In this document: positions 39,001 through 51,804 of the stretch, piece by piece
Position numbering within the stretch: the first letter of the stretch is position 1
Layout of the letters: every line of letters starts with the position of its first letter
Source of the DNA: Macrostomum lignano
Lineage: Eukaryota
Length of the DNA: 64,000 bases
NCBI GenBank assembly: GCA_002269645.1
Contig: NIVC01000038.1
Span: forward strand, 1,302,001 to 1,366,000
Direction of reading: 5' to 3'
The notes under the pieces: model-generated
Databases searched by the model: none
What the model saw: the letters and a program-made list of their open reading frames with translations, nothing else
Told to the model about the DNA's origin: nothing
Made by a program: the position numbers and the translations under genes

Positions 39001-42000
39001 AGCTGCAGGCGCCTGGGGTTTCGCTGAATTCTTAGCAGCGTCAACTTTGAAGGTTGCCATGTCGCCATTCTTGAGTAAATATTTAATGATGTATTTCACG
39101 GCTCGAACCGTCGCGCAAACTTCAACGTTCAGGTGGCAGTTGAACATGAGCAACAGCTCTCGATTATATGGCACGACCCACCTTGCGTTTTGAAGGGAAT
39201 TCCGGGTTCGTTGCTTGTTAATAATTTTAAATGAATGCTTTAAATTCAAGATGGTAAATCATGAAAATTCAAGAAGCAGAAAGAAGCAATGCTAGAATTT
39301 TCTGAACCAGAATTGTAAAAACTTAGCTAATAAAAGAATGCTAAGATGGGCGGGCAGCTCACTCATGTGGAAATCCCCTTTTTTACTCACCTGTTGTCCA
39401 TACGAATGGTTCGGCCCTTGCATAATTTGTCGACGGTGAAGCCGCCCATTTCTGGTGACAGTCTCCGATAAAACGGGTAACCGGTTTCGCTAGACATCGT
39501 CACCGACTGGAAGTCCTTCGGGAAGCCTTTGGTGCACTTCCCCTTCTCCATGCAGGGACAGGCTGGGTTATCCGCCCCACATGGTCCGTGGATGAGGTGC
39601 GTCTTGACCAGCTCATGCAGCACCGGCTCAAGCTGTGGGTCTGGGATCTCCGCAGACACAAGCGCGTCGTACCGATCTGGAGTTACTCGGTGTCCGCTGG
39701 CCAGCCACAGTAGAAAGTGCACATGTGGAAGTCCTTCAGTGAAATGAAAATCAAACCAGAAAAGTATTTACTGGAAGGGAGCATGCTAGAGCAAGGTAGA
39801 AACATCAGTGAGGCTTGAACTCAGCAGAAAGCAAAGTGTAATGAATAAGTTATTTCTGATCAACTGAACTCACCGCGCTTCTGGTATTCCAGGAACAAAC
39901 GTGCGCGGCTTCCACTCCAAAGCGATGTCTGAGCTCCGACACGAGGGCCTTCTTCTTAAGCTCGAAGACACGAGTAACGATGTCAGGACGATCCTCTGGC
40001 CGCTGTCCTGGCAGCAGTTCAGCGGTGATCTCTGGCCACTTCGGATTGCAAGTCGCCGTCACGAACAGATCCGGCTTGCCGAATTTCTGAACGTAAGTCA
40101 TGGCGTCCTGGAGCCGCTCCATCAGATATCGCGGTCCGCCCACGAAGCTTGAGGAGAGAAACACGGGCGCCTGCTTTCCAATTTCCTTCGGCTCCTTGCC
40201 AGTGTGCAGTCCATCAGCTGCAAACAGGGCATCACGCAACCCACTGTAGGTCTCGCTGCGAAGGTCGTCCTGATGAGTACGCAAATAGAGAAGCCTCTCC
40301 GACTCGATCTTGGCCGCCTGATCCACCAGGTACTGCTGAAACAGCCGCCGGCCGTGGTGCAGCACGTTGAACTGGTCGGCTCGCACCATGATCTCGCTGG
40401 CGTAATACTTCATGGGAGTCAGTTTGCGGCCATTGGTCATGCGAAGCTCGGGATACCAGCCGCTCTCTCCGTTCGGAAACAGAAGGACGTACTCTAGCGG
40501 ATCGTATGATCTGTGTGTCTCAGAAATGCGCTTGGTGTCACCTCCTCGCAGTTGGATGACGACTTCACGACTGTTCGGTGCTTCCTCAGCATCCCCGACA
40601 ATTAGGATTCCGACCTCGTTTGCCGTGGGCAGATTGTACCGCCTTATTGTGGACAGACGGGGTTTCAATCAAATTTATTATACTATATTAGAAGATTCTA
40701 CTAAAATATCCATGTTTGAAAAATGCAGCTTACCGAATGTGTTCACCAGCCGGGCGTCGATCTGGGTGAATCACAATCCGCACATCGCACAGCTGAGGCT
40801 CTTCGCTGATTCGCTGCGCTGCAGCTCGCAGACTCCGCACATAGGAATTGCACTCGTGAAGCAATCCTTGCAGCAACTGCAGCAGCTCAGGCTTCACTCT
40901 TTGGCTGAGGCTGAGGCGGCTTTCGAGCTCGCGGTCCATAAAGTACACCTGCCAGCCCCTAGGCGCATTCGGAGCATCAGCTAGCAGCGGCGCAGTGTTG
41001 TGGTACAACTTTCCGCTGATCACAAAGCTCGGGTTCCAACCACCAGGCGTGGGTCGCAGATCAGCACCGAATGACGTCAGGTGCAGAACCGAGTTATAGC
41101 TCCTGATGTTGGCCAGGAACTCCTTGCTCTTCTCATGCCTTCCGGTGTACAGGTCAGCCAACACTGGCGGAACAGTCCGGAGAGGCAATTTCACTTTGCC
41201 CTTGGCGCAGCAAAACTCGGCTTCCTTGTCCCAGCGCAATGCGCCGCAGAACTTGCACACAGAATTCATGCGGCCACACTGATGGGTCGGCACTTCTGGT
41301 CTTGGCTGGTCGGAGTTCCTGCAATAAATTTTCGGCAGAGTGTCAGTTAATTTTATTAACATTATTTTTCCAGTCACTGAAAGTGTCTCTTTAGAGTAAG
41401 TTAAAGTTAAGAATTATATGAGACTACGCATAGAAAAAATAGCGGACGAAATTGAGTAAAAAAATCAAGTTAGCCGCTGGGAGGTTTAAGCACCTGATTA
41501 TGTGAGAATGAACGGAACAATTATTTTCTATGTAAAAACTGTTATAAAAACCTCAATAAGCATGCCTGCTTAAGTATCGTTTGTGGCTCACTTTTCTGAT
41601 CCCTGTCCTTTAGTGGGATTACTATAAAGAGTAAAAACTTGTATAGCATAATCGCCGCCCATCAGACATTACCTCTGCTGAGCTTCTGCTTCGTTTCCAG
41701 CTTGAGTCTCCGCACGAGTGTCAGGAGCAGAAGTAGCAGCAGCTGAGCCAGTAGGTCTCTTGCGCCAGTTGACTCTGGTCCTTGCAGCAGGTGCTCTACT
41801 TGCAGCAGGAACGGGGAACTCCCGGTCCTCCATAGGCTCTATTCCCTGCAAAGGATCTCGGAGTCTCAGAGATTCATAGTGCTCATTGCTCAGAACCAGG
41901 CGCACAACAGCCAGAGGAGGCTGCGCGAAGGACATAAAGTGCTGCAGCACACTTCCATTGCGCTGGTAAATAACCAGGTCAACCGGAAAGCAGCGACTTA

Positions 42001-43118
42001 AAAGGGGCACGATTTCATCAGGCACATAAGTTCCCTCTGTAAATGAAGCTTCGATTATGGCATCCGCATTCTCTGGGAAAACAAAGCCTTTGGCAATCAA
42101 CTGTGGCACCAGCTCTGCCGCGCGGCTTGACAAATTGTGCCTCAATGAAGCAGCATCGGTTTCAAGTGCGGTGCCTCGCAGCTGATCACAAACAGCGTGA
42201 AAAAAACAATTTCCATCACCGGCTATGGGAACTATGCTCAATTGATTAAAAGATACCTGAGCCGCTGCTGCTGGTTCACTATTTTCCTGTCTAAAATTGA
42301 GAGGGAAAATGGTCAGTCAAATAAAAAATTGTGACTGAAGATATGTAAGGGGCTGAAGTGATAAGGGTAAATTATATTTTGCAGGTCTTAATTAAGTATT
42401 CTTAATGAAATCTGCTTAAATTAAATGCAAAATGCAAAAATTCAAGGTAATACAGAACGATGCAATCATCAGCTATACAAAAAGAAAAAAAGAGACCAGA
42501 GAAAAACGGTGCAGGTTAAATCAACAAAAGCAGAAGAGTAACCGCTATAGGTATAGATCAGCAGACTTACCTCGAAGCCCAAATGCTCCGGCGACGTAAT
42601 AGCTCAGCCTCGAGACGATCCAAACGCTCGTATCCTGTTTCGGAAGCACGGCGGTCGGCTTCTCGCTGCCGCATGTCTTCCAGGCGGGCAGCTCTCTCGG
42701 CGTCAGTCTCGCAGGCCCGGTTGGCAGATATCCTCTGCCGCAGCTCCTCAAGCCGAGCAGCTCTCTCGGCGTCAGTCTCGCAAGCCCGGCGCTCTGCGTC
42801 CCGCTGCCGCAGCTCCTCAAGCCGAGCAGCTCTCTCAGCGTCAGTCTCGCAAGCCCGGCGCTCTGCGTCCCGCTGCCGCAGCTCCTCAAGCCGAGCAGCT
42901 CTCTCAGCGTCAGTCTCGCAAGCCCGGCGCTCTGCGTCCCGCTGCCGCAGCTCCTCAAGCCGAGCAGCTCTCTGGGCGTCAGTCTCACGGGCTCGGCGCT
43001 CTGAGTCCCGCTGCCGTCGTGTTTCCAAACGGGCTTCACGCTCAGCGCTAGATTCTTCACGTCACCTTTTTTTTGCCTCACGGCTTTTCTTTAAATGACT
43101 TGCTCCACGGCGACCCAT
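36066..43118 (-). pseudogene. Helitron Rep/helicase gene with N-terminal coiled-coil repeats and an OTU protease domain; 9 exons, two lesions
   Basis: Exons 43118-42571, 42236-41673, 41318-40734, 40642-39874, 39733-39391, 39181-38851, 38717-37696, 37436-37040 and 36830-36066, all GT-AG. Motifs: OTU GDGNCFF...HYES; zinc-finger-like CKFC..CC; HUH EYQKRGLPHVH; KYIIKY; Walker A APAGSGKT; WDEISM; GDFRQLLPV; TIHKSQGQS; QLYTALSR. Lesions: in-frame TGA at 43064-43062 and a 1-nt deletion near 39890. Confidence 0.92.
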
Positions 43119-43227
43119 AGCTATTATTGATACTTAGTAAGTACGGATAGAAATATACGAAATACGGTAGAAAAAAAATACGGAATAAAAGTTTAATCTA
43201 GTTGTAATAGTAGTTGCTACTTTTTAC

Positions 43228-43922
43228 AAATATAATTATACAACTGCGGTACTAAAGTATGAATGAATAATTACAAATTTAATTATACAACTGCGGTACT
43301 AAAGTATGAGTGAATAATTACAAATTTAATTATACAACTGCGGTACTAAAGTATGAGTGAATAATTACAAATATAATTATACAACTGCGGTACTAAAGTA
43401 TGAATGAATAATTACAAATATAATTATACAACTGCGGTACTAAAGTATGAATGAATAATTACAAATTTAATTATACAACTGCGGTACTAAAGTATGAATG
43501 AATAATTACAAATTTAATTATACAACTGCGGTACTAAAGTATGAGTGAATAATTACAAATATAATTATACAACTGCGGTACTAAAGTATGAGTGAATAAT
43601 TACAAATATAATTATACAACTGCGGTACTAAAGTATGAATGAATAATTACAAATTTAATTATACAACTGCGGTACTAAAGTATGAATGAATAATTACAAA
43701 TTTAATTATACAACTGCGGTACTAAAGTATGAGTGAATAATTACAAATATAATTATACAACTGCGGTACTAAAGTATGAATGAATAATTACAAATTTAAT
43801 TATACAACTGCGGTACTAAAGTATGAATGAATAATTACAAATTTAATTATACAACTGCAGTACTAAAGTATGAGTGAATAATTACAAATGTAATTATACA
43901 ACTGCGGTACTAAAGTATGAAA
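43228..43922. repeat. 47-bp tandem repeat (~15 copies) upstream of the Helitron gene
   Basis: AATTATACAACTGCGGTACTAAAGTATGAATGAATAATTACAAATTT, directly visible. Confidence 0.95.
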
Positions 43923-45742
43923 TGAATAGTTTAATGTAAAAAAGTAATAATAAATGGCGATTCAGTAGATAATTAGTATCAGATACCTGAAGATATCTCA
44001 GTTATGGATCAAATGGTGTAGGCAGAAACTGTTTAATCAAGACAGTAGTTGTCAATGTACTAATAAAGGTAGGTGAAAGGATTATTTAGTTGAGATTTTG
44101 CTGATGAGATGAATCTTTATAGAAAACCCAGTTCAAAAGGCAGGCTAAAGTCTTGCCTTAAAAGCACATTCAAAGTGAATGAAATGTGCGCGGCAATTTC
44201 AATGAATTGAGCGCTCGTGACTCCAGTGTTTGGGGTTTCAAATATGTACATCTGTCCTGAGCTAAAAAGCTTATCGCTAATTCAGCGTCTGGATACGGCA
44301 CGCTGAGTGGGCTAAGGTAATAATTATATTGAATTCAATATCAACCAAGAGCATATAAGTATTGGAATTTATTACGCAACACTGAGCAGACCCTCCTTGC
44401 TTTATCAATGGCTCTGGCTTGAATTGTGGAGTTGCTATAAAGTAGGGGTTTGCGATATGGGGGAGCGTACAATGAGTATATAAAGTAAAATTCATAGGAA
44501 TCCTCTTTTAATGCTGTGCTTTTAATTTTTCGAATCTCAGCATAGAAATTATATTCCCGAACTCAGCGTTTCTAGCTCTTTCCAGCAATACAAGGCTCTC
44601 TTCTGAAAGTAAAAAACTCGAAGCACAAACAATGATTAAACATTCCTGCTACGAGTATAAAGCATTCAAATTCAAAAGGTGTACATTCAGCGCCAGCTAC
44701 AGTAAGAGGCCTGCAAGTTGATGCATTGAAATTAACAACCAAGCCAATGCCCAGGACAAATTGAATAGCGACACCCGCCCCTCAATTTCAATAACTAAAA
44801 TGTGTTGCGCAACCTTTCAACGCTTGTAGCTCTCCACGCGAGTGTAGAGAACCAATGCTATAGTTGGCACTGAGTTATGATGCAATACAATTCCATCGGC
44901 AGTCAGACTGCTTCTCAATCGGAAAGAACTGTTTGAACTTTAAAAAAACGGGGCAAAAGTCGAGTTTTTCGAATATTTAATGCCGAAAAAATGAAGCAAT
45001 TTCTTAGCAAAATTTTGTGTACCAGCGCACCATCAATACGCATCGAATGCAGAAAACCCCAGGAAATTCCGACCACGCAAAGTCAAGTTAAATGAAGGTT
45101 CCTATAGATATATAGATAGGTAGGTAGGTAGGTACATAGTTTTGATTTTTAGTATAATGGACTAGCTAAAGTTTTGCCCCCCTTCGGGGAGCAGAAATAA
45201 TTAATATTCGTCTAATATAATATACCTTTTAGCAGGAGTACTTTAAGTGTTTTTCTTAAGCTTAAGCTTAAAATAGGAATTTTTGGAGATCGTTAATAAC
45301 GCATTTTAGGTAAAACAAAACTATCAACTTTTTACAGTTTTTAGTTTAGAGCCCTGTATATGTCAACGTGTTTGATAAAAATTATTTTTATCATTTTTGA
45401 TAAAAAATGGCCTTCGGGGTGGCCAATAAGCAAGGGACGAATCCTTTTAAATGAAAAAAAATTCTTAGGGAGGGGGGCTAGGAATCGAATTCTCATTTTA
45501 ATTCCAGGCTTATGTACCAATAAAACATGTTTGTGCAGAATTTTATAACAGACATTGAAATTCAACCATACTTGCCTTCTTTCAGAGCTACTTCTAGCAG
45601 TATGCTTCAGTACGCTACCAGTACCCTTGTAAGCCTTGACATGTCAGCAATCCCCCCCACAAGCCTTAACATATCAACTCCCCCCTTGACATCTCAGCAA
45701 TGCTCCCACAAGCCTTGAAATCTTAAAAAATCTGTCTATTTT

Positions 45743-45776
45743 CTAACCCTAACCCTAACCCTAACCCTAACCCTAA
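45743..45776. repeat. Interstitial telomeric repeat (CCCTAA)~5 inside H1
   Basis: Directly visible, at the same relative position as in H3. Confidence 0.9.
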
Positions 45777-46739
45777 AGCATTGAAATTTCAGTAATTCTC
45801 TCTAAGAGTCTATAGCACTACTACAGCATTATAGCGATTCCCTGCAAGCCTCGACATCGTAGGGATTCCCAAATGAATCTCTTAACTTTGACATGAAGCT
45901 TCTTTTTTTTTTACATTACGCTTTTTCTATCAGCGATCCCTCCCGTGAGGAGCCAACAAATAATGTAATAACTTTTTTCCAATAAACTACATGTAGCTTC
46001 TGACATTAGCCTTGACATCTCATTTATTCCCCCGTGAGCCTTGACATCTCAGCTATAGATAGATAGATAGATTCCCCTCGTAAGCCTTGACATGTCAGCG
46101 ATGCCCCCATAAACCTTGAAATCTAAAAAATCCCCTGTTAACCTTGAAACGCGCTAAAATCTAACCCTCAACCCAAACCTGACGTAAACCTAACTTTCAC
46201 CCAACCTAAAGCCTTGAAATCACAGCAATTCTTCTTCCCTAAGCCTTGGCATTTAAGTGATTCCTTCTTTAAGAATCACAGCACTATAACGATTCCCTCC
46301 AAGCTTTGACATCGTAGCAATTCCCAAATGAATCTTTTAACTTTGACATGACTTTTATTTTATGTATACATAGTGCTCCTTTTATTTTTACATGACTCTT
46401 CTTCTATCAGCGCCCCCCCCACCGTGGCAAGCCAACAAAGAATGCAATAAAAAACTTAAGTAAAGTACATGTACTTTGAAGTAGCTTCTGACTTTTGCTT
46501 TAACATCTCAGAAACCCCCTGTAATCTCAGTTATTCTCTGTGAGCCTTGACGTCTCAGTAATTCTCCCCAGCACAGCACTGTACTATAGCTTCATTTAAT
46601 TTTTATATGACATTTCTTTCATGTCTGACATGACGCTTCTTTTGATTTTTACGTTACGCTTCTTTTATTCTTCCATGATGCTTCTTAATTTTTTAAATGA
46701 CACACTTTCATTAGTTTTTATATGAGGCTTCTATAATTT

Positions 46740-47640
46740 TTTCATGACGCTTCTATGCTTGTTTACATGACGCTTGTATGATTTTTACATGACGCTTCTA
46801 TGATTGTTTACATGACGCTTGTATGATTGTTTACATGACGCTTCTATGATTTTTTACATGACGCTTTTATGATTTTTACATGACGCTTCTATGATTTTTT
46901 ACATGACGCTTCTATGATTTTTACATGACGCTTCTATGATTTTTACATGATGCTTCTATGATTTTTACATGACGCTTCTATGATTTTTACATGACGCTTC
47001 TATGATTTTTTACATGACGCTTCTATGATTGTTTACATGACGCTTCTATGATTGTATACATGACGCTTCTATGATTGTTTACATGACGCTTTTATGATTG
47101 TTTACATGACGCTTCTATGATTTTTACATGACGCTTCTATGATTTTTACATGACGCTTCTATGATTGTTTACATGACGCTTCTATGATTGTTTACATGAC
47201 GCTTCTATGATTTTAACATGACGCTTCTATGATTTTTTTACATGACGCTTCTATGATTGTTTACATGACGCTTCTATGATTGTTTACATGACGCTTGTAT
47301 GATTTTAACATGACGCTTCTATGATTGTTTACATTACGCTTCTATGATTGCTTGCATGACGCTTCTATGATTTTTTATGACGCTTTTATGATTTTAACAT
47401 GACGCTTCTATGATTTTTTTACATGACGCTTCTATGATTGTTTACATGACGCTTGTATGATTGTTTACATGACGCTTTTATGATTTTAACATGACGCTTC
47501 TATGATTGTTTACATTACGCTTCTATGATTTTTACATGACGCTTCTATGATTTTTACATGATGCTTCTATGATTGTTTACATGACGCTTCTATGATTGTT
47601 TACATGACGCTTGTATGATTGTTTACATGACGCTTCCATA
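46740..47640. repeat. 22-23-bp satellite inside H1, same family as in H3
   Basis: Directly visible. Confidence 0.95.
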
Positions 47641-47695
47641 ATTTTTTTTGTCTTGGCGTTAAAAGGCTTTAATTAAAAAAACTCTACTCTCTAAA

Positions 47696-47757
47696 AATTC
47701 GAACCATCGTCCCTGCATTTAGCAGTTTAGTCTGTTTACCTCTAGGCTAGCTCTCAT
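47696..47757 (-). other. tRNA-derived segment, inner copy in H1
   Basis: Homologous to 33861-33922, with the same A-box-like and B-box-like motifs. Confidence 0.5.
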
Positions 47758-48034
47758 GAATTTTAGTCATTACCCCTAAATAGAAAATATTCCCAAGACA
47801 GCAAGCATCCCCCCAGTAGCAAGCATCCCCTAATACTCCTAGCAAGCATCCACCCAGATAGCAAGCATCTGCAGATAGCAAGCATCTTGCAGATAGCAAG
47901 CATCTTGCAGATAGCAAGCATACCCCAAATAATGTAGAAGCATCCTTCCAGATAGCAAGCATCCTGCACATAGCAAGAATCCCTAAATAGCAAGCATCCC
48001 TGGATAGAAATAATCCTATACATGTAGCCAAGCT

Positions 48035-49727
48035 TATCAAGCGCAGTAATCCTTGGCTATCGAGTGCAGTAATCCTTGGTTTATTAATAGCAATAATCCA
48101 TGGCTTATCGAGTGCAGTAATCCTTGGTTTATTAATAGCAATAATCCTTGGCTTATCGAGTGCAGTAATTCATGGTTTATTAATAGCAATAATCCTTGGC
48201 TTATCGAGTGCAGTAATCCTTGGTTTATTAATAGCAATAATCCATGCCTTATCGAGTGCAGTAATCCTTGGTTTATTAATAGCAATAATCCTTGGCTTAT
48301 CGAGTGCAGTAATCCTTGGTTTATTAATAGCAATAATCCATGGCTTATCGAGTGCAGTAATCCTTGGTTTGCCAAGAGCAATAGTCCTTGGCTTATCGAG
48401 TGCAGTAATCCTTGGTTTGCCAAGAGCAATAGTCCTTGGTTTATTGAGTGCAGTAATCCTTGGTTTATTAATAGCAATAGTCCTTGGTTTATTGAGTGCA
48501 GTAATCCTTGGTTTATTAATAGCAATAATCCTTGGCTTATCGAGTGCAGTAATCCTTGGTTTGCCAAGTGCATAATCCTTGGTTTATCGAGTGCAGTAAT
48601 CCTTGGTTTATTAATAGCAATAATCCTTGGCTTATCGAGTGCAGTAATCCTTGGTTTATTAATAGCAATAATCCATGGCTTATCGAGTGCAGTAATCCTT
48701 GGTTTGCCAAGAGCAATAGTCCTTGGTTTATTGAGTGCAGTAATCCTTGGTTTATTAATAGCAATAGTCCTTGGTTTATTGAGTGCAGTAATCCTTGGTT
48801 TATTAATAGCAATAATCCTTGGCTTATCGAGTGCAGTAATCCTTGGTTTGCCAAGTGCATAATCCTTGGTTTATTAATAGCAATAATCCTTGGCTTATCG
48901 AGTGCAGTAATCCTTGGTTTATTAATAGCAATAATCCTTGGTTTATCGAGTGCATTAATCCTTGGTTTATTAATAGCAATAATCCTTGGCTTATCGAGTG
49001 CAGTAATCCTTGGTTTATTAATAGCAATAATCCTTGGCTTATCGAGTGCAGTAATCCTTGGTTTGCCAAGAGCAATAGTCCTTGGTTTATTGAGTGCAGT
49101 AATCCTTGGTTTATTAATAGCAATGGTCCTTGGTTTATTGAGTGCAGTAATGCTTGGTTTATTAATAGCAATAATCCATGGCTTATCGAGTGCAGTAATC
49201 CTTGGTTTGCCAAGAGCAATAGTCCTTGGCCTATCGAGTGCAGTAATCCTTGGTTTGCCAAGAGCAATAGTCCTTGGTTTATTGAGTGCAGTAATCCTTG
49301 GTTTATTAATAGCAATAGTCCTTGGCTTATCGAGTGCAGTAATCCTTGGTTTATTAATAGCAATAATCCTTGGTTTATCGAGTGCAGTAATCCTTGGTTT
49401 ATTAATAGCAATAATCCTTGGCTTATCGAGTGCAGTAATCCTTGGTTTATTAATAGCAATAATCCATGGCTTATGAGTGCAGTAATCCTTGGTTTATTAA
49501 TAGCAATAATCCTTGGCTTATCGAGTGCAGTAATTCATGGTTTATTAATAGCAATAATCCTTGGCTTATCGAGTGCAGTAATCCTTGGTTTATTAATAGC
49601 AATAATCCATGGCTTATCGAGTGCAGTAATCCTTGGTTTGCCAAGAGCAATAATCCTTGGCTTATCGAGTGCAGTATTCCTTGGTTTGCCAAGAGCAATA
49701 ATCCTTAGCTTATCGAGTGCAGTAATC
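48035..49727. repeat. 48-bp satellite (dimer of two 24-mers) inside H1
   Basis: CTTATCGAGTGCAGTAATCCTTGG + TTTATTAATAGCAATAATCCTTGG. Confidence 0.93.
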
Positions 49728-49800
49728 TAAGTGTTTTTATTTAGTCCTTTAATAAAAGCTTTTAATAAAAAATTTTACACTACTACTTTTAAACTACTTA

Positions 49801-49862
49801 GATTCGAACCCAGGTCGCTGCATTAGCAGTCTGGTCTGCTCAGCTCTAGGCTAGCTCTCATC
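49801..49862 (-). other. tRNA-derived segment, outer copy in H1
   Basis: Minus strand reads TAGCCTAGAGCTGAGCAGACCAGACTGCTAATGCAGCGACCTGGGTTCGAATC. Confidence 0.55.
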
Positions 49863-50635
49863 GAAGTTATCAGTGAATTTGTACCACTTATATAATTAAT
49901 TCAACACTCACACCAAGTCAGGTAGAGTAAAAAGTCACGCGAAGCAGTTATGACATAATCAATTTCTTAGGCAAGTCAGTACCAGTGTCTATGAAAGTTA
50001 ACAATATGGTTACGTAATATAAATTCAGTACTGCACTATACTTTCACCCTCAAAGCTGTGACGCAATTCAATTGAGTGTCAAATTCAGCCAGTACACAGA
50101 CGATAAATAAAGTGTATTGTGATGCAATCTATTTCAGAATCAGAATTCAACCAGTCAGATTTTTCTCTAGCATTCTTACAATGCATTTCAGGTCGAAAGA
50201 GCTGCTTGACCTTTGCAAAAAATCATGTTTTTCGAATATTTAATGCCTTTAACATTGAGCAATTTCTTAGCCAATATGCATGTACCGTCCCGGGAAAATT
50301 TCTGATCGAATGGTGCAAGTTTGAAGAAAATCGGTTGAGCCGTTCGGGAGAAAATCAATTACAAGCAAGCAACCAAGCATTTCATTTTTAGTATATTAGA
50401 TGGACATCGCACCGTAAGTGCAAGTTTAAATAGATAAGAGCCAAGTACAGTGCAAAGTGTAACATCGAAAGAGTCGAATAAAGATAAGCCAAGTACAGTC
50501 GAACTTCAACAAGCCGCTGGAAGACTATATTTAGGCGGTGGAACGCCCGCACCTTCGAAAATCCTCTGAAACGCGTTGGATCAGCACTGGACTGCTCATA
50601 TTTTTTCAATTTTAACCGACCGGTCCTGACGAAGC

Positions 50636-51058
50636 ATGGGAGGCGCTTTCGGAGTGCAGAACAATACAAAAGAAGAGTGGACTGTGACAGGAAAGTATCA
50701 CGATCGGACATTCGGTTATGCCAATGCGGTGCATATTCGCCCATATGGCTATGTATGGTTTGATTGCCGCGAGCTGGCCCTGGATGTTTATTTTAAACGC
50801 GGAAATCACACAGCAGAGGAAACAAGAAGAAACCCCAGTATAAGATCGTGGTGCAATGGCATCACCAAAGGCACGTGGACGTTGGACAACCCACAGCCCG
50901 GCCTGATTACTTTAAAGTGGAGCAGGGACCCGGATTTTTGTTTGAATCACTTATTTCAAGTGGAAACCAAGAAGGCGACAAAACGTTGCTATTTGTCAAA
51001 GAAACACAAATCCTGCGGCTGGCAAAGGAGACATTTGAAGTATGCGCAATTGGTATGA
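50636..51058 (+). CDS. Hypothetical 140-aa protein
   Basis: True ATG, non-repetitive and complex sequence with 5 Cys, followed by an AT-rich trailer. No family recognised. Confidence 0.45.
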   Translation: MGGAFGVQNNTKEEWTVTGKYHDRTFGYANAVHIRPYGYVWFDCRELALDVYFKRGNHTAEETRRNPSIRSWCNGITKGTWTLDNPQPGLITLKWSRDPDFCLNHLFQVETKKATKRCYLSKKHKSCGWQRRHLKYAQLV

Positions 51059-51804
51059 AGGTTCCAATTGAAGTAATTTAAACTTGGTGTTTGATTAATT
51101 CTCTGTACATGTTTTTTATCAGGTAGTAAATCCGTATACATAGAGAAAAACAGAGTTTAAGACTACTTTTCTTTTAAATAGAATTGAAAAAAAACAAAGC
51201 CATCAAGAAACATTCGGTTTATTTCGAATATTTGTGGATACTGTATACTATAGTCTAATTTATATTTTCGTCCCTTTAACCTTTGTTGTTTCTCGCAAAT
51301 ACTTTTTAATCTACCTGAGAATGCTGTGCGCTGAGCGAAACATGTCGTATATTGATATTTAAATGTAAGCCACTGCTTTTAGTATGTGACTGAATTGGAC
51401 TCCTGTTTGGCTGACAACAATTACCTATCAAAATACATTTCTGACTCTGTGTTTCATCTGTTTAAACACTAATTAATTAAGAACTCTTAAATTCACAAAA
51501 ATCTCGTATGCACTACTAGCAGTAGGCTGTTTGCATTTTTTACTCATTTTATTCAATGATAAATAATTGTTGCTATTGAAATCAAGATTCTACTGATATA
51601 ATACTGATACTTAGCAAAACAGTAGTCCTTGGATGACTTACTTTGGTTTGCTCTCAGAAGGAGAGTTATCAACCCAAAACAAATGTAACAGCGTACGATG
51701 GTTGCATGAGTAACCCTTCGTACTTCTACAGAATCAAAACTCTGCGGAAAAACGACTGAGCATTTAGTTATTGAAGCTGACTACAACTGAAGGGACATGT
51801 CACG

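Larger units (their letters stand above)
34406..45161 (-). mobile_element. Autonomous-type Helitron H2 encoding OTU-Rep-PIF1
   Basis: 5' TCCATTATACTAAAAATC at 45161. 3' hairpin CCAAC-N4-GTTGG (34416-34429), then CTAG at 34406-34409. The 5' region 44870-45160 is homologous to the 5' regions of H1 and H3. Confidence 0.88.
45162..50400 (-). mobile_element. Non-autonomous Helitron H1
   Basis: 5' A|TCTAATATACTAAAAATG at 50400. 3' hairpin GCTCCCC-GAA-GGGGGGC (45176-45192), 10 nt, then CTAG at 45162-45165. Colinear with H3 plus an extra ~2.1-kb module. Confidence 0.87.

Noticed and set aside
33861-49862. Functional tRNA-Ser genes
   Set aside because: Acceptor and anticodon stems do not pair and there is no long variable arm, so they are called tRNA-derived only.
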